Shown one piece after another: positions 50,979 to 60,749 of a DNA stretch of 64,000 nt. Location: contig CAJUAB010000003.1 of NCBI GenBank assembly GCA_910583845.1, forward strand, positions 14,250 to 78,249, given 5' to 3'. The DNA comes from an uncultured Acetatifactor sp. Its GTDB lineage: Bacteria > Bacillota > Clostridia > Lachnospirales > Lachnospiraceae. The notes under the pieces were generated by a model. The model was given only the letters and a program-made list of their open reading frames with translations. It had not been told where the DNA came from and did not search any database. The position numbers and the translations under genes were made by a program. The stretch's first letter is position 1; the number at the start of each line of letters is the position of its first letter.

Positions 50979-53666
50979 TCAATCCTCCTCTATTCTTATG
51001 AAAACAGCTTTTCCGATCACGTACTTGAATGTATTCCCGATTATGATTTCCTGCCCCGGAATCAGCTTAAAATACCAGGGTTTATGGTCTGTGTCAACAT
51101 TCGTTGCACAGGAACACCATTGTATGGCCGATTTGGCTTTATCAAGGACATCTGCATCTTCTGTACGGTTAGCCGCTTTGATCTCTATCATATACTTTGC
51201 ATCATCCGTCTCAACAATAAAGTCCGGATTATATTGCTTACCGGCCTTATAAAACAGCCCCAGCTGATTTAATGGCGGCTTGATATACCGCAGCACCGCA
51301 TCATCTTCCTCCAAGATCACAGAAAAACGACGCTCATCGTCACTGTCAAAAGCATTCTGGCTGTAATATGATTTTTTATATCCCTCAAAAACATACTGCC
51401 GGATATTTTTCTTATCCCTTATTTCCTTTGTGTAATGCAATACGCCATTATTCTTTCGGATATTCCTGACACCGCTGCCAAAGACAATCAAATCTTTCTG
51501 AACATGATAGAGAAACTCTGTATGTTCCTCTTTCGCAGCATATATCTGTTTTCTCAAATCTTCCACAATGGCTGTGGCATACCGGCGTACAATCTTCTTT
51601 CTGGTGTCAAAGTCGCCTTCAATCAATTTAAGATACTGCTCCACCACATCCAGAATATAATCCGCATCATCAGCGCAGAATTCCGGAATTTCATCCAACA
51701 AAGCGGCTGCCAGAAAGTTCTCCGGGTCATTTTCCATAAGGGCATCCGCATCCACTGATGAAAGAAGTCTGTCATTTATCACATCGTACCGTTCAATTTT
51801 AGATGCTGCAACTTCAAAATCTCCAATCCCCCGGCAAACAGTAATTGGATGGAATTTTATCGTAGAGCTGTAACCAATTGTAATCTTCGGCACAGAGACC
51901 GCTACTCTGGCCATTCCTTCCAGTCGTTTGACAAACTCATCCTTTTTCAATGCGATGGGTTTTGCTTTCTTTCCCATGGTTTCAGGCGTCGCACTGTCCT
52001 GTCCCGTTGAATTTCCCTCCATCGGTTTTGACGAATGGTCTTTCTCCTCCACTTCCATACCAAACATTTCTGCCAATGACAATTGCTGAAACTCATCCGT
52101 CTTCTCTTTCTCCGGCTCTGCTTTTTTGGCATACGCCCGCAGATATGCGCTGTACAGAGCTTCCACTGACTGAGAATCCCTTGTCCCAAGCTGCTGAAAG
52201 GATGCAATCTGCTCGCTCTGCATGGCCATATCTATAAAAGACAGCTGATAATCATCGAAACTTGTCTGGATCGATATCTGTTTCATATCGGGCAAATCCT
52301 CAGCATCAAGATCTCGATACCGGAATACCGGATTATTCCTCAAATCGTCCACAATCTCACGATAATGTTCATGCGTCACAATATCCAGAGTATTCAGTTC
52401 CTCAACTCCGGTAATGGCACCAAAGGGAAGACGCAGCCCCCTTCCTATGGTCTGCAGCGCCAGAATATCGGACTTCGCCGCGTTCAACGGGATGATGGTA
52501 AACAGGTTATTGACATCCCACCCCTCTTTCAGCTTATAAACATGCAGCACAATCTCAATGGGATTGGTATTTTCTTCAATTGTCAACAGTTTCTGGATGT
52601 TCTCCTCTGTCTCCACACTGCCGGTACTGGAGTCTATCTGTATGACCTTACCAATATAGTGCCCGCCAAAAAATATGTCGGAATCTATTTTCTCCCTTAT
52701 CGCTCTGGCATGTCCGGTGTCCCTGCAGGCAACCAGAACGATTGGCTTTACCTGTGGAAGATTGTTATCCATACAGTATTTATATACAACAGCCTTTCTC
52801 CTCTCATGAAGTCGTATACCGTCCTTCAGTTTCATTTCTTCAATATCTGCCGCCGAATACCCTGCTGTATTGGTTCTTCCCATCACCACAGGAACCTTGA
52901 GATATTTTCCGGCTCCTTCAGCCAATCCATACTCAAATATAACATTTTTATTTGTATTCTTAGGTGTGGCAGTAAACTCCAGACCCAGAATCGGTTTCAG
53001 ATAATTAATGGCTTTCATGGACGCAGGCGCATAATATCGGTGCGCCTCATCCATACAAATCACCAGGTCATCGAAACCGCGCAGCACATCCGAAAAAGAA
53101 CCGCCCAGATCCTCATTAAAATCATGGAACTTAAACTGAACATCTCCCCGGGTAAATATTTTACCAATATTGAAGATAAACAGTTGTACTTCCGAAGTAT
53201 TCTCCACAAAAAGCTCTCCCTGCTCATACTTTACAGGGTAACTGAGATAATTCTCACCGTCATAAATCTTGGGTCTGCCCATCTCGGCCTCCAGACCACG
53301 AAACACATACTTTGGATGGCTGGGAGCTGATTCCGCCCGCAGCTTGTCATAGATCGTGTTTCCCGGAGCCAAGATCATGAAATGCTTATACCCTTTGGTC
53401 CTGTACAAATAATATATGGCAGCTCCCATCAGTCTGGTTTTGCCAATCCCGGTCGCCATGGAAAAGCAGAACGACGGGAAATCAAACTCTTTTGCCACCT
53501 GGATCACATGAGGACTCTGACATTGCGCGGAGGCAGTCTGCTCCGCCTCTTCTTTTGCAGCTGTCCTGTATTCCAACTGCTCACTGATGTTGGCAAAACA
53601 CCGCAGAGCATCATATTGAGGTTCCCGCAGACTCATGGCCCAGTTTATCTTATCGACTGTGTTCAT
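50979..53666 (-). CDS. Type III restriction enzyme Res subunit (SF2 ATPase + PD-(D/E)XK nuclease)
   Basis: SLREPQ, MATGIGKT, DEAH, FTATP, LKEGWDV, QTIGRGLR, and C-terminal YNPDFIVET...MIEIK. Confidence 0.88.
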   Translation of the reverse strand: MNTVDKINWAMSLREPQYDALRCFANISEQLEYRTAAKEEAEQTASAQCQSPHVIQVAKEFDFPSFCFSMATGIGKTRLMGAAIYYLYRTKGYKHFMILAPGNTIYDKLRAESAPSHPKYVFRGLEAEMGRPKIYDGENYLSYPVKYEQGELFVENTSEVQLFIFNIGKIFTRGDVQFKFHDFNEDLGGSFSDVLRGFDDLVICMDEAHRYYAPASMKAINYLKPILGLEFTATPKNTNKNVIFEYGLAEGAGKYLKVPVVMGRTNTAGYSAADIEEMKLKDGIRLHERRKAVVYKYCMDNNLPQVKPIVLVACRDTGHARAIREKIDSDIFFGGHYIGKVIQIDSSTGSVETEENIQKLLTIEENTNPIEIVLHVYKLKEGWDVNNLFTIIPLNAAKSDILALQTIGRGLRLPFGAITGVEELNTLDIVTHEHYREIVDDLRNNPVFRYRDLDAEDLPDMKQISIQTSFDDYQLSFIDMAMQSEQIASFQQLGTRDSQSVEALYSAYLRAYAKKAEPEKEKTDEFQQLSLAEMFGMEVEEKDHSSKPMEGNSTGQDSATPETMGKKAKPIALKKDEFVKRLEGMARVAVSVPKITIGYSSTIKFHPITVCRGIGDFEVAASKIERYDVINDRLLSSVDADALMENDPENFLAAALLDEIPEFCADDADYILDVVEQYLKLIEGDFDTRKKIVRRYATAIVEDLRKQIYAAKEEHTEFLYHVQKDLIVFGSGVRNIRKNNGVLHYTKEIRDKKNIRQYVFEGYKKSYYSQNAFDSDDERRFSVILEEDDAVLRYIKPPLNQLGLFYKAGKQYNPDFIVETDDAKYMIEIKAANRTEDADVLDKAKSAIQWCSCATNVDTDHKPWYFKLIPGQEIIIGNTFKYVIGKAVFIRIEED

Positions 53667-53723
53667 TCCTATTCCCTCTTGCCCGCTTCAACGGACATAA
53701 AATCAATATTTGATATGGAACAT

Positions 53724-55424
53724 TCAAAATTGTCCCCCCTCAAAGCTGTATTTACTTAACAGGTCTTTGGGAATCCGCTTTACCTCCACATTGACCGGTA
53801 GATTCATATCGCCCTGCATCCGCTTACAGTAAACCAACAAAGACTGACGCTCCCCAAGATTCTTCATCAATGACTGGATATATTTCGTATTTACAAATTC
53901 CATTGTAACATGAATAAATCGGTTTTCTGAGGAATGACCATGGAATTCCCCCTGTGGTGCGTAGGTAAAACCCTCAATCTTACAGATTGCTTCCACTACC
54001 ATATCGAATGTGTAGGAGGGATTAATCTGGTATACAGGCAACTTGGGATGCTTTACGAGCAGTGACTCTGCAAGTTCATAAAATTTATATCCACCACCAC
54101 CTTTCCAGTCAACAGCTTTGGATATACCGGATTGATCTTTTCCATCAATGACTGCATCAATACGGGGTTTGCAATGCGTATAAACATGATCTCCAAATTC
54201 AATTCCAATCCATTTCCTTTCCAATTTGTTTGCAACAGCTATTGTTGTCCCAGAACCAAGAAAGGAATCCATAACTAAATCTCCCTCATCCGTTGCCATT
54301 TCAAAAATGCGTCGTAGTAATGCCTCTGGTTTTTTTCCATTTGGAAATTCAACATTACCTTCCTTAGACAAATTTTTAGTTCCCCCAACATAATCCCAGT
54401 ATGTTCCTTGTAGCGTTTTTTTGTATAAATTCTCTCCGATCTGTTCCGTTACATCTTTGAGCCAAGCAAATAGTCTAAAATTCACGCCCTTATAAAACTG
54501 CTCATATATAATACCCCTATTTTTTCCCGTGCGTGGGATATACTCTATTGAGAAGAGTTCACTATCAACACCTAATTCTCCAACTTTTTTCATTACCCTT
54601 GGCCTAATAGAACTTTGAGGCATTTGTGTTTGGAAAAGCAGTTGAGCATATTGGCAATACACCTCTTTCTCTGAAATATTTTTCTCTCGCATAATTTGAT
54701 TAACGGATTTAATTACATAATTCTCACGCTTATATATTTTAATCTCATTATTATCACCATCAAGAGTGGATCCTATATATATCTTTTCTCCAGGATTTAA
54801 TAACGCACTACTGTACTTCCAACTAATTCCCTCTTTTCTATATCGTTCAACAAGCTCACCTACTTCCTCATACTCGTACGCCCCTTTAAACATTTTTAAT
54901 GTGCTATACTCTTTCGCATATATTAAAATATATTCACAGTTCTTCTTAATTTTTTTATCTTCTCCTCCCCCCGATGCACCTGCAATATTTTTCATATTGA
55001 CAGATATCATATTAATAAAATTGTTTCTTCCAAAGATTTCATCGCACAATATTTTTAAATAAGCTTGTTCGTCGTCATCAATTTGAATCCAAATAGAACC
55101 ATCAACAGCCAACAAATTCCTCAATATTTTAAGTCTCTCTGACATCATGCACAGCCACTGGCTATGTTCAAGGTTGTCATCATAATATTCAAAAGCACTT
55201 CCCGAATTATAAGGCGGGTCAATATAAATGCACTTAATACTGCCTGCATACTCATTTTCCAAAGCGCGCAAAGCAAGGAGATTATCCCCATGTATAAGCA
55301 TACATCCCGTGTCATTATCTCCATATGATTTACTTTCATCTTCTACGAGAATCCTCGGTTCCAGATTATCTTCCCTGTCATACTTTCCAACCCAAGTCAG
55401 CTCCAACTTTCCTTTTTTCTGCAT
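53724..55424 (-). CDS. Type III Mod subunit (beta-class N6-adenine DNA methyltransferase)
   Basis: LELTWVGK, LIHGDNL, IYIDPPYN (motif IV) preceding KKPEALL...DSFLGSGTT (motif I), WKGGGG. Confidence 0.9.
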   Translation of the reverse strand: MQKKGKLELTWVGKYDREDNLEPRILVEDESKSYGDNDTGCMLIHGDNLLALRALENEYAGSIKCIYIDPPYNSGSAFEYYDDNLEHSQWLCMMSERLKILRNLLAVDGSIWIQIDDDEQAYLKILCDEIFGRNNFINMISVNMKNIAGASGGGEDKKIKKNCEYILIYAKEYSTLKMFKGAYEYEEVGELVERYRKEGISWKYSSALLNPGEKIYIGSTLDGDNNEIKIYKRENYVIKSVNQIMREKNISEKEVYCQYAQLLFQTQMPQSSIRPRVMKKVGELGVDSELFSIEYIPRTGKNRGIIYEQFYKGVNFRLFAWLKDVTEQIGENLYKKTLQGTYWDYVGGTKNLSKEGNVEFPNGKKPEALLRRIFEMATDEGDLVMDSFLGSGTTIAVANKLERKWIGIEFGDHVYTHCKPRIDAVIDGKDQSGISKAVDWKGGGGYKFYELAESLLVKHPKLPVYQINPSYTFDMVVEAICKIEGFTYAPQGEFHGHSSENRFIHVTMEFVNTKYIQSLMKNLGERQSLLVYCKRMQGDMNLPVNVEVKRIPKDLLSKYSFEGGQF

Positions 55425-55435
55425 CTGTATTCCTC

Positions 55436-58093
55436 CTAAAACCTGATCACAACCTTAGTCATCAGTACTGGGGCACCAAGAATGTTTTTCTTTGATTCCT
55501 TTTGCATTTCAGCCGTTTCTCTGTCTACCATGCCAGTAAATTCGTGAAACTGCTGCAATAAATCTATGCGGCTCTGCTCCAGATTTTCCATATCCTTTTT
55601 CAGCGCAATTTTCGCTCTGAAATTCTTCTCTGTATTGCACTCTTCACGCACTGCAGCAATTTTATCTTCTATCTCCTGAACCTGTATTGCAAAATCATCA
55701 ATACGCAATCTACGCCAATTATCAATTTTATAATCTTCCCACAGCAAAAGTTCTCTCATAACTTCCTGTCTTTTGCTTAACAAATACTTTTCCAACGCAT
55801 CCACACAGGCTTTCGCTTCCGTAGCAAAGTCACACGATGACAGATCCTTTTCACATACTTTTTGTAATAACAGCACCAACGCACTCTCATGATTTCTGCG
55901 AGTCCTGAATTGTCTGTCCAAGATGTGCAAAACAGGCTCCAGCAGTTTTTGCCCATCATAGAGCCCTCCAATCAAAAGATATCCATGCCCCCGCAATTCT
56001 GCCGGTTTCTTCTTCAGTTCATACAGTATTGGATATTTCCCAGCAGTATTACCTGTCACACTGTTCCAGTATTCTTTTTCCTTAAAATACTCTTGAACAT
56101 CTATAATCCGCTGTTTGAAAGCGTTCCTGTGTCCTTCTTCATCTGTTTTTGAAAGCATGGACCGAAGTTGCAATGCTCTGGCACCCCTTTTTCGTTCCAG
56201 TTCTTTTTCCAACCCGGTAAACTCACGGTTAAATTCTTTTTTATCGGAACACTGCTGATAAATCTGGAGGATACGTTTTTCAAAGTTCTCCCCGCTTTCC
56301 AGCAGACCAATCGCCTTATCGGAAGCCCCAAATACACCCTCGAACAATTCAAACTTCTTGGCAAGTATCTCATATACACGCCTGTCCGCAATATTCTCTG
56401 TATTCAGAAGGTTGATAACCATTACATCCCGTTTCTGGCCATACCTGTGGCATCTTCCAATCCGTTGCTCAATTCTCTGCGGATTCCAAGGCAAATCATA
56501 ATTGATTACCGTGTTGCAAAATTGCAGGTTTAATCCTTCCGAACCGGAATCCGTGACCAACAATATCTGATACTCATCCCGAAAGGCCTCCACAATGGCA
56601 TTCTTGATTTCAATGCTTCTACCTGCAATAGGCATATTATAATGACGCGACCGCCATGCCCGATATATCTCCTTTGTAGTCTGATCATTCATATTGCCAT
56701 TAAACAGAAGTATCTTTCCACCATATCCGCAGGCAGACAGTTCATCAAAAAGATACGCCTGTGTTCGCAGTGATTCTGTAAAAACAACAGCTTTATTATG
56801 AATACCCTGTTCTGACTGTATTTGAAAAGAAATGGTCAGAGCCTTTTTCAATGCATTCAACTTGGCATTATATCGAATATCTTCAGCCAGGGAAATAATT
56901 CCGTCTACTGCATCTAATTCAATTTGAATAAAGTCGTTGACCCTTTCCCTGTCAAATAATTCTTCCTGTAATGATTCCTCCTCTTCCCCATAATCATCAT
57001 CAAACATATCAAAGAAAGCATCCAGGCTCTCATCCACACTTTCCACCCGCTGTGTCTGCTGCAACACAGTCAGCCTTTTCCGAAGTGCTTTAAAAGTCTC
57101 TGCCACCGCCTGACTGGAAGATGCAAGAAGTTTGCGAATTGCAATGGTTACCAGGTTTCGGTTTGAAGCCGGGACCGCATACAAAATTTCCTTTTTCAGG
57201 TAATTATTGACAGCCACATACAAAGCTGCCTCCTGCGGCGAAAGCTGAAAGTCCACGGTAATCCCCACTCGGCTGCTAAATTGCAGATAATCGGTGACTT
57301 CACTGCGAAGCGTCCGTTGAACAATAGGACTCAGCTGAAATTTCAATGTTTCATATTCTTCGTCACGAATATACCGTTTGCTGAACACACGCTTATCCAG
57401 AAATATTTCCGGATCAATAAACTGCACCAACCCATACAGATCCCATAAAGAATTTTGAATGGGAGTAGCCGTAAGCAGCAGTTTCGGAATATCTTTTGTC
57501 AGCTGCAATATCCGCTCTGCCTGTTTACTGCCAGCTTTGTGTACATTGCGCAACTTATGTGCCTCATCAAATATTACCAGATCCCATTTTATATTACTGA
57601 GAAACGTAGCATTTCCGGCAGCAAAATTGTAGGATACAATCACAACACTGAATTTCCTGAAAGTCTCCGCATGATAGCCTTCGAGATTCTGCCTGTCCAC
57701 AATTACCGTTTCCAACGCAAATTTTTCATACAATTCTATCTGCCACTGTCTACAAAGGCTGGATGGAATGATCAGCAACATTTTCCTGTAACCGCATTTA
57801 TGTAAAAACCGCATCACCAGGCCAGCTTCAATCGTCTTTCCCAAACCGACCTCATCTGCCAGAATTGCCCCGCCCAGTTTTAGTGCTTCCACCGCAAACA
57901 TAAGCGCTTCAATCTGATGAGGGTTCAAATCAATCCTGTCGTTATAGAGGCAGCTGTATGGACTGGATTCCAACTGTTGTCTTTTGATAATTGCATATTC
58001 ATTCAAAAGCGTGTGTTCGTCCACACGGATTCCCTCCCATGTTTTTACTAAATTATTCTCCATTGTTTTTCTGATAGATAATTCTACCATCAA
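55436..58093 (-). CDS. SNF2-family helicase (in the DrmD position)
   Basis: LNPHQ, LADEVGLGKT, DEAH, LLLTATP, SEGLNLQ..YDLPWNPQRIEQRIGRCHRYGQ; coiled-coil C-terminus. Confidence 0.9.
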   Translation of the reverse strand: MMVELSIRKTMENNLVKTWEGIRVDEHTLLNEYAIIKRQQLESSPYSCLYNDRIDLNPHQIEALMFAVEALKLGGAILADEVGLGKTIEAGLVMRFLHKCGYRKMLLIIPSSLCRQWQIELYEKFALETVIVDRQNLEGYHAETFRKFSVVIVSYNFAAGNATFLSNIKWDLVIFDEAHKLRNVHKAGSKQAERILQLTKDIPKLLLTATPIQNSLWDLYGLVQFIDPEIFLDKRVFSKRYIRDEEYETLKFQLSPIVQRTLRSEVTDYLQFSSRVGITVDFQLSPQEAALYVAVNNYLKKEILYAVPASNRNLVTIAIRKLLASSSQAVAETFKALRKRLTVLQQTQRVESVDESLDAFFDMFDDDYGEEEESLQEELFDRERVNDFIQIELDAVDGIISLAEDIRYNAKLNALKKALTISFQIQSEQGIHNKAVVFTESLRTQAYLFDELSACGYGGKILLFNGNMNDQTTKEIYRAWRSRHYNMPIAGRSIEIKNAIVEAFRDEYQILLVTDSGSEGLNLQFCNTVINYDLPWNPQRIEQRIGRCHRYGQKRDVMVINLLNTENIADRRVYEILAKKFELFEGVFGASDKAIGLLESGENFEKRILQIYQQCSDKKEFNREFTGLEKELERKRGARALQLRSMLSKTDEEGHRNAFKQRIIDVQEYFKEKEYWNSVTGNTAGKYPILYELKKKPAELRGHGYLLIGGLYDGQKLLEPVLHILDRQFRTRRNHESALVLLLQKVCEKDLSSCDFATEAKACVDALEKYLLSKRQEVMRELLLWEDYKIDNWRRLRIDDFAIQVQEIEDKIAAVREECNTEKNFRAKIALKKDMENLEQSRIDLLQQFHEFTGMVDRETAEMQKESKKNILGAPVLMTKVVIRF

Positions 58094-58108
58094 CCATTTC
58101 CATGAATA

Positions 58109-59098
58109 TTATTTTTCTTCTACTTTCAAATATGCTATAACCCCATTATCTTTTAAATCCCGTGCGTGTGCCTTTCGCAGGTTTATGTAACTTTTGCAAT
58201 ACCCAATAAATTCAGCCCGTTCTTTAGCCAAAGAATCTATTTCCTGCTCTGCTGACACAACCAGCTTTTCCATTTCCTCCCGACTCATTTTTGCCTTGTT
58301 CAGTTCCTCAATCTGTTGTTCTACATTTGCCAACTCTTCCTGCTTTTGTACAAGTTCCTCATAAGAACTACCCCTCAGTTGCATATAAGAAATCTGATTT
58401 TTCAAGTTTTCCCTAATACGGGTTTGATTCTCCATTATTTCTAAATTGCGTTTTTCTGCTGCTACTTTATTCAGGTAATTATCTCCCATATTTAATAAAT
58501 GAATATATCGCTTTTCCATCTCATAAAATATACCACTGACCCTCTCTTTTGTTTTCCTGTCTGCGCATGGATTATAATCACAACCACCACATCTTTCACG
58601 ATCATCCACAATATCAGTCAACATTTCAAATTTAATATGCGCTTCATCCAGCTTATCCCTTGTTTCCTGCAATACAGCTTTACACTCCTGTACTGTAGTC
58701 TCTCCTAATTGGTTCAATGCCTTATATATTATCCCTGTATTAAAACACTGCACCACCTCAACCAGCGTTTTTTCTTCTTGGCTGACTCGATTCAGATACT
58801 GAATTGAATTATCATTATTATCTCTACTCTTTCTGTCCTTATTTGCAGTATCCCAAACCAAGTACACACCAAAGAAAGCGATTGCAGTTGACAGATAGTA
58901 TTTCCAGAAATCCAGCCAGCTTTCATTACTTAATCCCTTTGCAGTAAATGTTATGCCCAGTTTATTGTAGAGAACATCCGTAGCTGCCAAGCCACTATTA
59001 ATAAGTAAAGGCGCGGCAACCAACATTATAATAACAAAAAACAGACTTTTCTTATGCACCGATATCTTCTTCACATGATTTCTCTTTGATTTCTTCAC
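58109..59098 (-). CDS. Hypothetical protein with two TM helices and a coiled coil
   Basis: TM1 SLFFVIIMLVAAPLLI, TM2 WLDFWKYYLSTAIAFFGVYLVW, motif CGGCDYNPC, heptad-rich C-terminus. Probable GTG start 6 nt after GAGGGAG; AT-rich. Confidence 0.75.
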   Translation of the reverse strand: MKKSKRNHVKKISVHKKSLFFVIIMLVAAPLLINSGLAATDVLYNKLGITFTAKGLSNESWLDFWKYYLSTAIAFFGVYLVWDTANKDRKSRDNNDNSIQYLNRVSQEEKTLVEVVQCFNTGIIYKALNQLGETTVQECKAVLQETRDKLDEAHIKFEMLTDIVDDRERCGGCDYNPCADRKTKERVSGIFYEMEKRYIHLLNMGDNYLNKVAAEKRNLEIMENQTRIRENLKNQISYMQLRGSSYEELVQKQEELANVEQQIEELNKAKMSREEMEKLVVSAEQEIDSLAKERAEFIGYCKSYINLRKAHARDLKDNGVIAYLKVEEK

Positions 59099-60428
59099 CG
59101 ACAACTCCCTCTTTTATTTGACCTTCTATCATACTGCGAATCGCTTCCGCAATCTTCCTTGCCATTATTGGCGGAACTGCATTTCCAATCTGCACATACT
59201 GGGAAGAACGATTCCCTTCAAAATAATAGCTGTCTGGAAATGTCTGTAATCTGGCAGCCTCCCTTACCGAAATGGAACGGCACTGATCAATATCCGGATG
59301 AATAAAGTAGTGCCCATCTTTTGACAGGTGCGCCAGCACGGTATGACAGCTTGTGCAGTCACCCTCCACAACTTTAAAACGGTCCGCAAATGCGGTCTGA
59401 TTTCTGTGTGTTTTCAAATCATCCGGCAAATCTGCATATTTCAGGCGTCGATGACCATTATTCCACTCCTCTATCGTACGGCGATAAATCTCAACATCCC
59501 GTGGAATATTATTTCTGGCCACATGATGTGTAAGGACATCACTGCGTGTACGAAGCCGATTGTCTTTAACATAGCGGCTCGCCTGTGCACAGGGAACTCT
59601 GTATGTAAATTCCTGCCCTCCCCGTTCAAGTACAGGCAAATCAGAAAGCAGGTCATTTACCAATGCGCTGCTCTGGTTTTTCTCAAAGACAGGATAATGG
59701 TAGTCTGTTCCTTTTCTCCAGCCAATAATAATCAGACGCCTGCGATTTTGAAGGACGCCAAAATCCACAGCATTCTGTTCATGGCATTCAATCACATACC
59801 CGACACGACGAAGCTGTGCCTGCAAATTTTTGAAGGATTCTCCATTTCTGGCCGATTTCAAACCTGCCACATTTTCAAAGACAAACATATCAGGTTGATA
59901 TTTTTTCAGGAAACGCGTATACATCTTATACAGTTCATTCCTGGGATCCTCACTCATGGGAACCAGCATATGGCTGCTCTGTGCACGGCCCACAAGAGAA
60001 TACGCCTGGCACGGCGGTCCTCCAACAATTATATTTACTTTTTTTATGTTATCTTCCTGCATGATGCCATCAATATGTCTGAATATATCAGAAATATTTT
60101 CCGGCGACATTTCTGCATTTATAACTGTTTTTGTCACCTCATCAGGAATATACTCAAATAGCTTTTCTCTGGTGATATGACCTCTTTCATATTCATAATA
60201 CCAGCGCATCAATGGTTTGTGCGTTTTCATATAATGATATGCCGCCCGCGTCTCCAGGGTCGCTGCCGCCATGGCATTCATCTCTATATGCGCAATCGGA
60301 TTAAAGCCTGCCTGAATGAAACCTTCGGACAGACCACCTGCACCTGCAAACAAATCTATAAAATTTACTGGCGAACCCGTCTCATCCACAAACATATCTG
60401 CCCTGTTCCTTTCTGCCGTTTCTCTCAT
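59052..60428 (-). CDS. DNA (cytosine-5)-methyltransferase (Dcm/DrmMII-like)
   Basis: IDLFAGAGG (I), GGPPCQ (IV), FENV (VI), QNRRR (VIII), REAARLQTFP (IX), QIGNAVPP (X). Confidence 0.95.
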   Translation of the reverse strand: MRETAERNRADMFVDETGSPVNFIDLFAGAGGLSEGFIQAGFNPIAHIEMNAMAAATLETRAAYHYMKTHKPLMRWYYEYERGHITREKLFEYIPDEVTKTVINAEMSPENISDIFRHIDGIMQEDNIKKVNIIVGGPPCQAYSLVGRAQSSHMLVPMSEDPRNELYKMYTRFLKKYQPDMFVFENVAGLKSARNGESFKNLQAQLRRVGYVIECHEQNAVDFGVLQNRRRLIIIGWRKGTDYHYPVFEKNQSSALVNDLLSDLPVLERGGQEFTYRVPCAQASRYVKDNRLRTRSDVLTHHVARNNIPRDVEIYRRTIEEWNNGHRRLKYADLPDDLKTHRNQTAFADRFKVVEGDCTSCHTVLAHLSKDGHYFIHPDIDQCRSISVREAARLQTFPDSYYFEGNRSSQYVQIGNAVPPIMARKIAEAIRSMIEGQIKEGVVGEEIKEKSCEEDIGA

Positions 60429-60589
60429 TTCTTTCGCAAATCTTTTGGCTTTTCAGCATTTTCCGGAATCAACCACAGGTTCCCTTTCTTAATAGCTCCT
60501 GGAATACGCTCTTCATTGCAGTATACTGTTACCATACGACTTGAAATGCCCCACTTTTCCCCGGCTTCCTTGACAGTCAAACAGTTCAT
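60425..60589 (-). CDS. Small excisionase-like helix-turn-helix DNA-binding protein (putative controller)
   Basis: MNCLTVKEAGEKWGISSRMVTVYCNEERIPGAIKKGNLWLIP; RBS GGAGG; ATGA overlap with the MTase. Confidence 0.85.
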   Translation of the reverse strand: MNCLTVKEAGEKWGISSRMVTVYCNEERIPGAIKKGNLWLIPENAEKPKDLRKK

Positions 60590-60623
60590 CTCCAATCCTC
60601 CCTGCAAAACATTTACACATAAA

Positions 60624-60652
60624 ATTATATTACAAAATCTTGAAATATACAA
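60624..60652 (-). promoter_or_regulatory. Putative sigmaA promoter of the defence operon
   Basis: TTGTAT-N17-TATAAT on the minus strand, upstream of the HTH gene. Confidence 0.6.
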
Positions 60653-60749
60653 GTTCTGGAAATATTCTAAAACCAGGATATTCTATTTGTGTTAAGTCCG
60701 TGCGAACGTAGTGGATTCAGCGCATCCGGGAGCCTTACCTGTTGCCATG

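Larger units (their letters stand above)
44626..60652 (-). other. Anti-phage defence island: DISARM core + type III R-M + SNF2 + C5 MTase + Vsr
   Basis: Ten co-oriented, closely packed or overlapping genes, visibly AT-richer than glgP and ileS. No integrase or transposase seen. Confidence 0.9.

Noticed and set aside
53724..55424. Phase-variable mod (phasevarion)
   Set aside because: No simple-sequence repeat tract seen; only homopolymers of about 7-8 nt in AT-rich sequence.
44626..60652. Prophage or ICE
   Set aside because: No integrase, relaxase, or structural or conjugation genes. The excisionase-like HTH is better explained as a regulator.
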